Virus record (IMG/VR): IMGVR_UViG_3300045988_071280
Strand: one strand, 5' to 3'
DNA: 64,000 nucleotides
Source: a virus
The notes beneath the pieces were generated by a model. The model ran no database searches, was not told the DNA's origin, and worked only from the letters and a program-made list of their open reading frames with translations. A program made the position numbers and the translations under genes. Positions 20,373 to 29,481 of the stretch are shown in pieces (position 1 is the stretch's first letter; every line of letters begins with the position of its first letter).

Positions 20373-20437
20373 TACTATCAAATTAAGGGAAAATATAACA
20401 ACTTAAATATTTATTAACCTATAAAATTTTTAGAATT

Positions 20438-21016
20438 ATGGCAAAATTGTTTATGACCAATGTAAAAGGATTTAGTAAAGAAGAAGCAATGTGTGAACTT
20501 CCGTTAGAAATTAATCAAAATGCAACTGCAAAATGGCGTGCTGCTGGAGAACCTACTTTTGGTTCAGATGATTTCCGAGCATTCGCTGAGAACTTCATCA
20601 GCAACAAACATATGATTACTGGAGCTGGTGCTTATATTCAGAAAACTTCCCCTGTAGCTGATACTCGTACAAAACCTTATAAAATTGTAAACTTCAAGAA
20701 AGAAGGTAAGACTAAATGGGAAACTGTATATAATGTTTGTGAAGCAGAATTTAACTTGGATAAAGAAGGTAAATTTAAATCAATCGAATCAATTGGTATG
20801 CCTGTAGATCAATCTGCTGTTAATAAGGCTGATGCTGAACGTAAAATGCGTGAATTAATTGCTCAAAATAAACGTAATTATGTAGTAAGAAAGACTAAAG
20901 AAGTTGTTGAGGATGAAACTTCTAAGAACGGAGAAATCTTGTGTGCAGGTGTTTATACTCCGTCAATTACTACTAAACAAGGAGAATTTTATGTATTTGG
21001 ATTAGTTAAAGAATAA
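20438..21016 (+). CDS. hypothetical protein in a stand-alone transcription unit
   Basis: 192-aa ORF with its own promoter and a strong terminator. Codon choice is visibly shifted toward GCT/CGT/GGT. Confidence 0.65.
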   Translation: MAKLFMTNVKGFSKEEAMCELPLEINQNATAKWRAAGEPTFGSDDFRAFAENFISNKHMITGAGAYIQKTSPVADTRTKPYKIVNFKKEGKTKWETVYNVCEAEFNLDKEGKFKSIESIGMPVDQSAVNKADAERKMRELIAQNKRNYVVRKTKEVVEDETSKNGEILCAGVYTPSITTKQGEFYVFGLVKE

Positions 21017-21060
21017 TCTTGAATATAATAAAATATTTATACAAATATATAATTAATTAG

Positions 21061-21097
21061 AAGGGTGTAATATTAATTTATTACACCCTTTATTTTT
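21061..21097 (+). terminator. intrinsic terminator
   Basis: 12-bp perfect stem AAGGGTGTAATA/TATTACACCCTT, loop TTAATT, followed by TATTTTT. Confidence 0.7.
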
Positions 21098-21152
21098 AAA
21101 AACATAACAGTAATAATTTTAACAGTGTCGCTACTTAAAGCCGTGATTAAAT

Positions 21153-22310
21153 ATGAAACTAGAATTATCTAAATCGATCTTAGAATCTATCTCAAGTAGA
21201 GTAAATAATGATATTTTTACATTTGATGATGTAGAAAGTGAATATAAATTGGATAATATTCAAGAAAAGTTATATAATAGATTATATAAAAACTATCAGG
21301 ATTTAACTCCACCACAATTTGATTTAGATACGTTTAGATTTACATATAAAATACTTTGTCAAAACTCTGGAGTAAAAAAGACTCCTCAGAAACAATTAAA
21401 TAAAGTTAAGGATAGAAAAATTGTATATGATGCTACTACTGATGAATCTTTCGAAAGTAGAATTGTTGGTTCATCTGTAAGAGATGAAGAAGGTAAAGTA
21501 ACACATTATGAATTTAGAATCCTTATTAGAGATAAAGAATCTTTTGAAGGTACTCTCACGTTATCTGAAATGCAGGATATTTATGTTGGATATTCTAATA
21601 GAGGATATAATTTATCAGCTAGGAAATTGTCTGAGAAATTCCCACAATATGATTTGATTCAATTAAAGAAGATTTTAAGAGCGTTTCAGATTACTAAAGA
21701 TTGTTACCCATTTGCTCCACATATTGCAGAAAGTAAGAGTAAAGAGGAATTAGAAAGGATGTTATTAGATTTAAAATTACATTCTGCTTCTAAGAATGCT
21801 GATAGAGATGAGGTACAAGATAAGAATAAATATATCTTAGAATTAACTAAGGAACTTAATAAGTATAGAGATAAAGAAACATTTGTTAAGGATTTACTTA
21901 GAATTCCTGTTAAATATAATACTCCTATAACGCCTTTATATTCCGATGCTAATGAATATACTAATACGTTAGTTATATTCTTGTCTGATATGCATATCGG
22001 AGCTTATAATCCTAAATATGGATTTATACAATTGGAAGATTATAATAAAGAAGAAATTAGTAGGAGATTAGATAAAGTATATAATTTTATTATTAATAAA
22101 TTATTTGATAATTTAATTATCTGTAATTTAGGAGATAGTGTAGATTCTTATAAAGGTGAAACTGTTAGAGGTCATGAATTACCTACTACTATTACTCCAA
22201 AAGAACAATCTAAGATGTATTTAGATATTATGTTAGGGTTCTTTAATAAATTACTTGATTATGTAGAAAATTCTCATATTAAATACATCTGTATTGGAGA
22301 TTCAAATCAT
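21153..22310 (+). CDS. calcineurin-like metallophosphoesterase, exon 1
   Basis: LSDMHIGA (motif I) and NLGDSVDS (motif II). The ORF breaks in motif III (GDSNH|). Confidence 0.7.
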
Positions 22311-22618
22311 TGATTGTATTTAAATACAATTTGTGCTAATAATAAGAAATTATTATTTGAAACTAGGTTAACTGCTGGGACGCCTGAGATGGTAATCAGC
22401 AACCAAGCTACAGATTTAAATTCTGTAGAAGGCTCATCGACTATTCCTGAAATGGAAGTAGAATCAAGCGATTCGAAATGCCTAGCCCTTAGCATTATAT
22501 CTAATATAGATATAGATATAGATGAAGGTGAAGAGATAGTCAGTTCTCATATTAATAAGGAAGTATGAGGAGGTTTTATTAACCCATATAAGAGTAGCGA
22601 ACTTATATGAACATAAAG
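22311..22618 (+). mobile_element. ORF-less group I intron mpe-i1 (308 nt)
   Basis: Q-like TAATCAGCAAC; R GCTCATCGACTATTC near 22432; S AAGAGATAGTCAG near 22531. Ends ...GAACATAAAG|GATGGT. Splicing restores GDSNH|DGDW (GNHD). Confidence 0.8.
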
Positions 22619-22753
22619 GATGGTGACTGGGGATGGCTAAATAACGTTGTTCTTTCTGCTAAACTTAAAGAACTGAATATAGAATCCCACATTTCTGATC
22701 TTCCAATCGATAAATTTGATATCGGAAACAATTCTATATTATTCATGCATGGT
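22619..22753 (+). CDS. metallophosphoesterase, exon 2 (45 codons)
   Basis: DGDWGWLNNVVLSAKLKELNIESHISDLPIDKFDIGNNSILFMHG. The end could be 3 nt later (after GAT 22756). Confidence 0.65.
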
Positions 22754-22807
22754 GATATATTTTTCATATTTTTAATATAATTATTTAGTTTCCATGGAAA
22801 TAATTTA

Positions 22808-22815
22808 TATATTTG
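22808..22815 (+). promoter_or_regulatory. candidate -7 promoter element inside the intron
   Basis: TATATTTG lies 39 nt upstream of the endonuclease ATG. No clear -33 element. Confidence 0.35.
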
Positions 22816-22854
22816 TTAAATAATAATATATTTAATAAATAATAGAATTATAAC

Positions 22855-23910
22855 ATGGAAAAATTTTTAAATTTATTTTTGAGGAGTGAATTAAGTTTAC
22901 TCGATTTTTGTAAGCAATATAATCTATCTAGAGTTGAATTTGAAGGTTATATTAATGACAAAGGATATTATTGGAAGAATGGAAGGTCTGGCATAAAAGT
23001 TAACCTATTTAAACTGGCAATAGATGATTATGTAAATTCTTTAGAGAGTGTAGGAGCTTCTGCTAAAAGATTTGGAATTAATTCTCAATCTCTTAGTAAA
23101 GATTTAAAAGAATTAGATCTTTATGATGAATCCAGAAAAGGTAAGTCAATAAAAAAATATAATGAACGTATTTTTGATACTATTGACACAGAGGAGAAAG
23201 CATATTGGTTAGGATTTATCTTTGCTGATGGATATATATATTCATCCCCAATCGAAGAGAAAAAATCTAGAACAGATTGGAACTTTGAATTATGTGCTTC
23301 TGGTACTGATAAAGAACACATGGAAAAATTTGCCAAGTTTATAGGATACACTAAAGAATTAAAGATTACTAAAGCTGATAATAAAGGAAATACTAGATGT
23401 AGGGTATGTCTATCTAGTCAACATTTATGGGAAACACTTAATAGTTATGGTTGTACTCCTAGAAAATCTTTAACCTTAAAGTTCCCAAGTCTAAACATAT
23501 TTAAGGACGAGAGTTTAGTATGGGACTTTATAAGAGGTTATATAGATGGAGATGGGTGTATTTCATATGCAACTAAAGATCATTCTAAAATGCTCCTTTC
23601 CTTATTAGGAACAGAAGATTTTTTAAATTCTATACAAGATGTATTTTCTACTAAGTACACTTTGGAATATAATCATAATGATAAGAATTCTAAAACTAGA
23701 GTACTAGAAATAGCTTGTAGACCAGGGCTTAACATTTTACATAAATTATATTCACACTCAAAAATATATTTAAAAAGAAAATATGAAAGATATTTAGAAT
23801 ATTGCCGTCTATATGAGGAATCATATAGAGAATTAGAAACCAATAACGGGGAAGGCTGTGATGTCAATCCCGTGATAAGTACAGAAAGTAAAGAGTCTGT
23901 GCCATCGTAA
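22855..23910 (+). CDS. LAGLIDADG homing endonuclease
   Basis: IDTEEKAYWLGFIFADGYI and IRGYIDGDGCISY. The stop codon lies inside the conserved CATCGTAACGCG core element. Confidence 0.85.
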   Translation: MEKFLNLFLRSELSLLDFCKQYNLSRVEFEGYINDKGYYWKNGRSGIKVNLFKLAIDDYVNSLESVGASAKRFGINSQSLSKDLKELDLYDESRKGKSIKKYNERIFDTIDTEEKAYWLGFIFADGYIYSSPIEEKKSRTDWNFELCASGTDKEHMEKFAKFIGYTKELKITKADNKGNTRCRVCLSSQHLWETLNSYGCTPRKSLTLKFPSLNIFKDESLVWDFIRGYIDGDGCISYATKDHSKMLLSLLGTEDFLNSIQDVFSTKYTLEYNHNDKNSKTRVLEIACRPGLNILHKLYSHSKIYLKRKYERYLEYCRLYEESYRELETNNGEGCDVNPVISTESKESVPS

Positions 23911-24063
23911 CGCGTAGAACTTGAACCTCGAAAGAGAATAAAATAGTTCCAAGAGTGGTTTCTACCCCAACACTTTTATAAGTAGTGGGTAAAAAGGTAC
24001 GCTGGACTATAGCAAAAAGAAGCTATAGAAGTTAGGATAAAAAGCCTAACGATAACAAAATCG

Positions 24064-24360
24064 AAAGATAGCGATTCCCAGTTTAAAGGAATGCCTCTTA
24101 CATTGAATGATAGAACAATAAATTGGGTAAATGATTATATTTATGATTCTGGATTAAAATTTAAAGACAATCTCTATGTAGTAAAAGGAGATTTACATCA
24201 ATATGCTATAACAGAATCTAGAAGATTTCAATATATTTCTGTTCCAAGTTTATATGGATCTTCTAATTATATAGCTGCTAATTTTGGGAAGACTAAATGG
24301 GGAGTAGGTTTTATGGAAGTATTTAATGACCATGTAACAACTGGAGTAATTAAAGAATGA
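24064..24360 (+). CDS. metallophosphoesterase, exon 3
   Basis: KDSDSQFKG...VVKGDLHQY (GxxH-type motif V) in phase 0. Confidence 0.6.
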   Translation, partial: KDSDSQFKGMPLTLNDRTINWVNDYIYDSGLKFKDNLYVVKGDLHQYAITESRRFQYISVPSLYGSSNYIAANFGKTKWGVGFMEVFNDHVTTGVIKE

Positions 24361-24361
24361 T

Positions 24362-24913
24362 ATGATAAATGGAACGTTCGTAGGAGGGAATGCTAAAGTG
24401 ATAATTCCTCTAAGAGATAAAAAGAGTATTTATAAGTATTGCCAGGAACAAAAATATGATACTTCTTTACCATTAAGTTGTGATAGTTCTATTGGATTAA
24501 AATATACACTTTCTTTTCCAAAATCAAATGAACAATCTAATTATTTTATTCTTTTAAATCTTGATGAGGATTTACTTAAGATGTTTATAGAAAGGGAAAT
24601 GACTCTTGATGAAATTGTTTATATAGTTGAAGAATCAGAAAAGTTAGACGATTATGAATTATTTCTCTGTTGTTTATATTATTTTCATAATTATACTAAT
24701 TTAGAAAATTTTGAATATGCACTTAAATCTTTTTTATGTAAAGTAGAAGATGATGAAGATTATATAGATTTATATCTTAGTATATATGGAGATATAATAA
24801 AAGCAACACCATTATTTTCTAGATATATAGACTTTAAAAAGTTCTTTTTGGAACAGTATACCACTATTAGCTTTAATAATACAAACTATATATTTTTATA
24901 TGATAAAATTTAA
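24362..24913 (+). CDS. ArdA-like anti-restriction protein candidate, paralogue 1
   Basis: Acidic protein. The C-terminus SRYIDFKKFFLEQYTTISFNNTNYIF resembles the ArdA terminus (..YIDYQAYGRDL....IS.N.GIFE) from memory. Confidence 0.35.
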   Translation: MINGTFVGGNAKVIIPLRDKKSIYKYCQEQKYDTSLPLSCDSSIGLKYTLSFPKSNEQSNYFILLNLDEDLLKMFIEREMTLDEIVYIVEESEKLDDYELFLCCLYYFHNYTNLENFEYALKSFLCKVEDDEDYIDLYLSIYGDIIKATPLFSRYIDFKKFFLEQYTTISFNNTNYIFLYDKI

Positions 24914-25054
24914 TATAAAGAGAAATGGAAATTCTATTGAGTTTGATAATATTCAAGAATTTATTTAATCCAAAACAATAAATATGTATCTATATAAATC
25001 GAATTATTTAAATAAGGATATTTATTATATACTTAAATAAAATTTTATATAAAC

Positions 25055-25588
25055 ATGGGCTTCGTTTATTTATGTGATACAAAGAAATCAGATACAATTG
25101 AAATAGATTATAACTGGTTAGAATCAAATCCTTCTTTCTACTCCTTACTCTGGAAATGTATAGATAGTGATGAAACAACAAATTCAATACGATTTGTTGC
25201 AAAGGACTTAAAATACTCTGATTATATTATTACTATAAATCCTAATAATATAAATCCTAATTTATCTTATCTGTTAAAAACTAAAGATTGGAGTATTAGC
25301 GAACTATTTTTAATAGCTACAATTCCATATTATTATCACGAAGAAAATATATTTATAATCATCTTAGCATATATTAACTCTATTATTACTAGTCTTGAGG
25401 ATTATCAATATGCTTTAGATAATTATATAGGGAAAATACAAAATAAAGAATGGATAGATTTTATGATAAATACATTAAATATTACTATAGATCCTCGAAT
25501 ATATGAATATGTAGATGCATGTACTTATATAGAAGATAATTTTAATTATGCAAGTTTTGATAACTGCTGTTATATATTTGGATATTAA
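25055..25588 (+). CDS. ArdA-like anti-restriction protein candidate, paralogue 2
   Basis: LEDYQYALDNY...YEYVDACTYIEDNFNYASFDNCCYIF parallels 24362..24913. Confidence 0.3.
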   Translation: MGFVYLCDTKKSDTIEIDYNWLESNPSFYSLLWKCIDSDETTNSIRFVAKDLKYSDYIITINPNNINPNLSYLLKTKDWSISELFLIATIPYYYHEENIFIIILAYINSIITSLEDYQYALDNYIGKIQNKEWIDFMINTLNITIDPRIYEYVDACTYIEDNFNYASFDNCCYIFGY

Positions 25589-25591
25589 TAC

Positions 25592-26353
25592 ATGGAAATA
25601 ACTTTAGAACAATTATTAAAAGGAAAAGCAACGCAAATAGGAAAGAAAGAATTCTATTCTACTAAAGACTACATAGATCCCTTTCTTCAATCAATGAGTA
25701 AATTTACAGATGAATTTATATGTAAAGTAAAAGAGCCAAAACAGATTAGTATTGGAGAAGAAAAAGATATAATGTATAATAGAGTTTATATTCAAGCAGT
25801 TTTACCTAAAAGCTATTGGGAGTATGAAGATCATCAGCAAGTAATATCTTTAATTTATGGATTAGATTGTAAAGTCCCAGTAGTAAAAATTTTTAGGGGA
25901 GGGATTAATATGGCGTGTTTAAATCTTTGTGTGTTTAATGCTACATATTTAAATACACAAGTATTAGAGCCACAAAAGATGTATGATGTTTCTCCTATTA
26001 AAAACCTAATGAATTTAACAGATGATTTAGGAGTTAAGATTAAAAAATTAAAGAATACATTTATATCTAGAGATAAAGTAGATATGACTAATACTCTAGG
26101 TAAATGGGTAGATTTTTGTATTAAATCTGAGTATAAAAGTGATTTTGGAAAAGCTAAATTATCCCCAACTACTGCAATATCTGCATATAAAAATTTAGTT
26201 TTAAATCCCGACTCAGAGTATTATATTCCGGAAGATGAAGAAGTTTCGTTATTTACTGCATATAATGCATTTACTGAATTATTAAGGGATGATAAAGATG
26301 TTGTCAATCCTTTTGAAAAGAATTTACTTTTAAATAATTTATTTGAAATTTAA
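25592..26353 (+). CDS. hypothetical protein
   Basis: 253-aa ORF. No motif assigned confidently. Confidence 0.5.
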   Translation: MEITLEQLLKGKATQIGKKEFYSTKDYIDPFLQSMSKFTDEFICKVKEPKQISIGEEKDIMYNRVYIQAVLPKSYWEYEDHQQVISLIYGLDCKVPVVKIFRGGINMACLNLCVFNATYLNTQVLEPQKMYDVSPIKNLMNLTDDLGVKIKKLKNTFISRDKVDMTNTLGKWVDFCIKSEYKSDFGKAKLSPTTAISAYKNLVLNPDSEYYIPEDEEVSLFTAYNAFTELLRDDKDVVNPFEKNLLLNNLFEI

Positions 26354-26354
26354 T

Positions 26355-27092
26355 ATGTACAATGATCAATCTAATGCTTTAGGAGAATTTATTTTTCAAT
26401 CTAAATATGCTAGATATAATTCTAATCTGAAAAGGAAAGAGACCTTTGAGGAATCTGTAGATAGAATATTACAGATGCATTTAAAACATCTTAAAGATAA
26501 ATATCCAGAAGTATTAAATAATGCAGAATTTAATAATGATTTATTAGAAGCCTTTGAGGAGTATAAAAATAAAAATGTTTATGGATCTCAGAGAGCTTTG
26601 CAATTCGGAGGTGATCCTATTTTAAGAAAGAATGAAAAAATCTTCAATTGTTCATATACTTATATAGATGATCTTGAGAGATTTAAACAAATTGAGTATT
26701 TACTATTATGTGGTTGTGGAGTGGGATGTTCTGTTGAATATAAACATGTGAATACACTTCCTGAGATGGCAGAAGTACTTAATAGTTCAGTTGAAGAGTA
26801 TATAATCGAGGATAGTATTGAAGGATGGTCAAATTCTATAGATAGACTAATTCGATATTATTTTAATTCGGATATAGCATATCCTAGATTTGATTATTCT
26901 AAAATCAGACCTAATGGAAGTTTGATATCAGGAGGATTTTTAGCTCCTGGCCCTGATGGTTTAAGAAATGCTCTAAATAAAATAGACTCTTTACTTAATA
27001 TTATTCATAAAACTACTAAAAGATTATCTCCACTTAACTGTGCTGATATATTATCACACTGTGCTGATTCTGTTCTCAGTGGTGGCGTCCGT
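26355..27092 (+). CDS. nrdJ: class II (RTPR-like) ribonucleotide reductase, exon 1
   Basis: FQSKYARY..RKETFEESVDRIL resembles the monomeric B12-dependent RTPR N-terminus. Breaks at VLSGGVR|. ATG 26355 is preferred over the tracked TTG at 26343. Confidence 0.7.
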
Positions 27093-27317
27093 TAGACATT
27101 GGCGGCTTATAATAGTAATATTATAATGATAATTCTGTGAATTCAGGGAATATCTTATATAGATAAGACAATCCTGATCCAAGCACTTAAATATAGTGAA
27201 GGAGCAACGACTATCCCAGACGTGGGAGTAGGGTAATATCATCTACCCGAAGCGCAGAACATCCTATTAAAGGATGATGATATAGTCTAAACTATATAGT
27301 GATATATAGAGTCTTTG
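27093..27317 (+). mobile_element. ORF-less group I intron rnr-i1 (225 nt)
   Basis: R GAGCAACGACTATCC near 27203 and S GATGATGATATAGTCT near 27275. A P9 hairpin CTATATAGTGATATATAG precedes ...AGTCTTTG|CGATGT. Confidence 0.75.
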
Positions 27318-28737
27318 CGATGTCTACGTGGAGACGATGATATAATAACTAATAAAGGATTAGTTAAATTAAAAAATATTAAAAATGGAGATTTAGTATT
27401 AACACATGATGGATCTTTTCAAAAAGTTATTAACAAGGAAAATAATGGGATTAGAAAAGTAGATAGAATAACTACGAATTTAAATATAAATTATTCTACA
27501 AATAATCATAGGTGGTTAGTATTAAATAATCTTTCTGGAGAATTTAAGGAAGTGTATGCATCAGATTTAAAAGAGGGGGATGTTTTATTATTAAATAACA
27601 GAAGTGTATCAGGAGAATATCAGGATTTTCCTAAATATACTGATTTAAAATTACCTAAATTAGATGAAGATTTAGCTTGGTTTATTGGATATTTCTTAGG
27701 GAATGGTAATGTATCTACTAGAACTAGATCTGATACTGGGTTTGAAGATAATAAATTTAGAGTTTGTATCCCAACTAATTACCCTACTATAGTTAATAAG
27801 GTAAAGAGTATCTTTGAAAAAATTGTTGGAACATATAGTATACATAAAAAGAAAAGTGCTATAGAACTTACATCAAGTAAAAAGTGTTTTGTTGAATATT
27901 TTCTAAATATCAAACAACCTAATACTCCAATCCAAATTCCGGATTTTATAAAACAGAATACATCATCTATACAATTAGCATTCTTAGCTGGAGTATTAGA
28001 TTCAGATGGAAGTGTTAGAAATGATAATAAGAATGGAAAAGGATATGGACAAATTACTTTAAATAGTTCTAAATATTCTATATTTATTACTCAACTTCAA
28101 GCTTTATACAATTTAAATGGAATTATTACTAAGACTCAAACAAAAATTAGAAAAGGAAAATCTAATGAGTATATTCTTAAAACAGTTTCATTTAAATATA
28201 GAAAAGAATGTGTAGAGAAATTAAGTCTATATTCCGAAAAGCTTAAGGAAGATTATATTTTAGAAGAAATTTCTAAAGAGAAAGACGGAATTTATTTTCC
28301 TAAATATTTAGCAATAAGAGGAGAAGGTAATAAGATTTGGAATAGTTGTAAAAGATGTTCTTTAAATAAAGTATTAGAATATTATCCAGATTTAAATTAC
28401 ATTCCTGCTGTAATTACTAATATAGAAAAGGACGTTGAAGAAGTAGAAGTATTTGATATAGAAGTAGAAAATAATCATAACTTTTATGTAAATGGAGTAC
28501 TAACACATAATTCTGCTTTAGCTATATTATTCTCTCCTAATGATGAGGAGATGTATAATTCTAAAGTAGGTAATTGGTTTTATGATAATCCTCAACGTGG
28601 AAGATATAATGCTTCTGTTGCTTTGGAGAGAAGTGATGATAATAAAGAAGTATTTAATAAAATCTTTGAATCTACTAAAGAATATGGAGAACCTGGGTTT
28701 TTCTTTAGGTCTGATTCTGGTATAGGATGTAATCCAT
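27318..28737 (+). CDS. nrdJ: RNR exon 2 (one Arg codon, intein, then SALAILF...GCNP + T)
   Basis: GGVR|R followed by the intein, then SA..., which completes the GGxRRSA motif. The exon ends with the first base of a Cys codon (phase 1). Confidence 0.75.
27321..28511 (+). mobile_element. LAGLIDADG intein (397 aa) in the RNR
   Basis: Starts CLRGDDDIITNKGLV with TNNHRW (block B-like). Has LAWFIGYFLGNGNV and LAFLAGVLDSDGSV. Ends FYVNGVLTHN, followed by extein Ser. Confidence 0.85.
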
Positions 28738-29007
28738 AAAATGATGTGGCTATATATAGTGATATATATAGAAAACTAGGCTAATTCGGGGAATCTCTTA
28801 TTTAATAAGACAATCCCGAGCTAAGTGATTAAATATTTAATCTAAATGTGTAACGACTATCCTGAAAAGGAGTAGAACCAAGTGGTTCGAAATGCCTAGC
28901 GTCTTATATTAAATATATAAGATGATGATATAGTCTAATCTCTATAGTGATATAGAGGATCTTTAATTAGATCAGATAAGAAGTAACGAGCTTATCTTAA
29001 TATAATG
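28738..29007 (+). mobile_element. ORF-less group I intron rnr-i2 (270 nt)
   Basis: P1 pairs CCAT with GTGG (28746-28749). R TGTAACGACTATCC near 28849 and S GATGATGATATAGTCT near 28921. Ends ...TAATATAATG|GTTTTG. Splits a TGT codon (T|GT), giving NPCFEIGF. Confidence 0.75.
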
Positions 29008-29399
29008 GTTTTGAAATAGGTTTTAAACCAGTATTAGAAATACAGAAACCTGATGGAGTATCTAAACAAACTGGGATACAGTTTTGTAATTTGATCTCCA
29101 TCTCAGGTAAAGAATCCACAACAGAAGAGAAATTCTATAAACAATGTAAAGCAGCTGCTACTATTGGAACAATTCAAGCTACATATAATTCCTTCCCTTT
29201 CTTAGGTGAAGTAACAGAGCAATTAGCTAAGAATGATCCATTAATTGGAGTATCTATTAGCGGGATTATGATGAATCCTGATATATTATTAAATAAAAAT
29301 ATTCTACGTAAAGGAGCTGAGATTATTAAAGAGCAAAATAATAAAATAGCTAACTTACTAGGAATTAATCCTGCATCTAGGACTACTTGTATTAAGCCT
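29008..29399 (+). CDS. nrdJ: RNR exon 3
   Basis: (C)FEIGFKP...FCNLISI...RTTCIKP|. The lengths of exons 2 and 3 sum to a multiple of 3. Confidence 0.75.
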
Positions 29400-29440
29400 A
29401 AAAATATGATTAAATAGTAGGTTTATAGTAAGACATTTTT

Positions 29441-29448
29441 TAATTTTG
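29441..29448 (+). promoter_or_regulatory. candidate -7 promoter element inside the intron
   Basis: TAATTTTG lies 33 nt upstream of the HNH ATG. Confidence 0.35.
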
Positions 29449-29481
29449 TAGTATTATAAAAAATACTTAAAATTAAAAAAT

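Larger units (their letters stand above)
22754..24063 (+). mobile_element. group I-like intron, family 2 (about 1310 nt), carrying a LAGLIDADG endonuclease
   Basis: The 3' region 23895-24063 is homologous to 19405-19551: CATCGTAACGCGTAGAA, TCCAAGAGTGG, GTACGCTG[AG]ACTATA, AGGATAAAAAGCCT, GATAACAAAAT[CT]G. Confidence 0.65.

Noticed and set aside
22506-22523. Tandem repeat (ATAGAT)x3.
   Set aside because: Only three units, located inside a peripheral loop of intron mpe-i1. There is no spacer-repeat architecture, so it is not a CRISPR array or a meaningful satellite.
22314-22568. 84-aa plus-strand ORF in the ORF track, together with 35028..35225 (65 aa).
   Set aside because: Both lie entirely within ORF-less parts of group I introns and are read from the Q/R/S core elements. 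They have no plausible start context, so they are treated as non-coding ribozyme sequence.
28881-28900. tRNA T-arm-like strings GGTTCGAAATGCC (also GATTCGAAATGCC near 22470).
   Set aside because: No acceptor, D or anticodon arms can be drawn around them. They are homologous peripheral helices of two related ORF-less introns.
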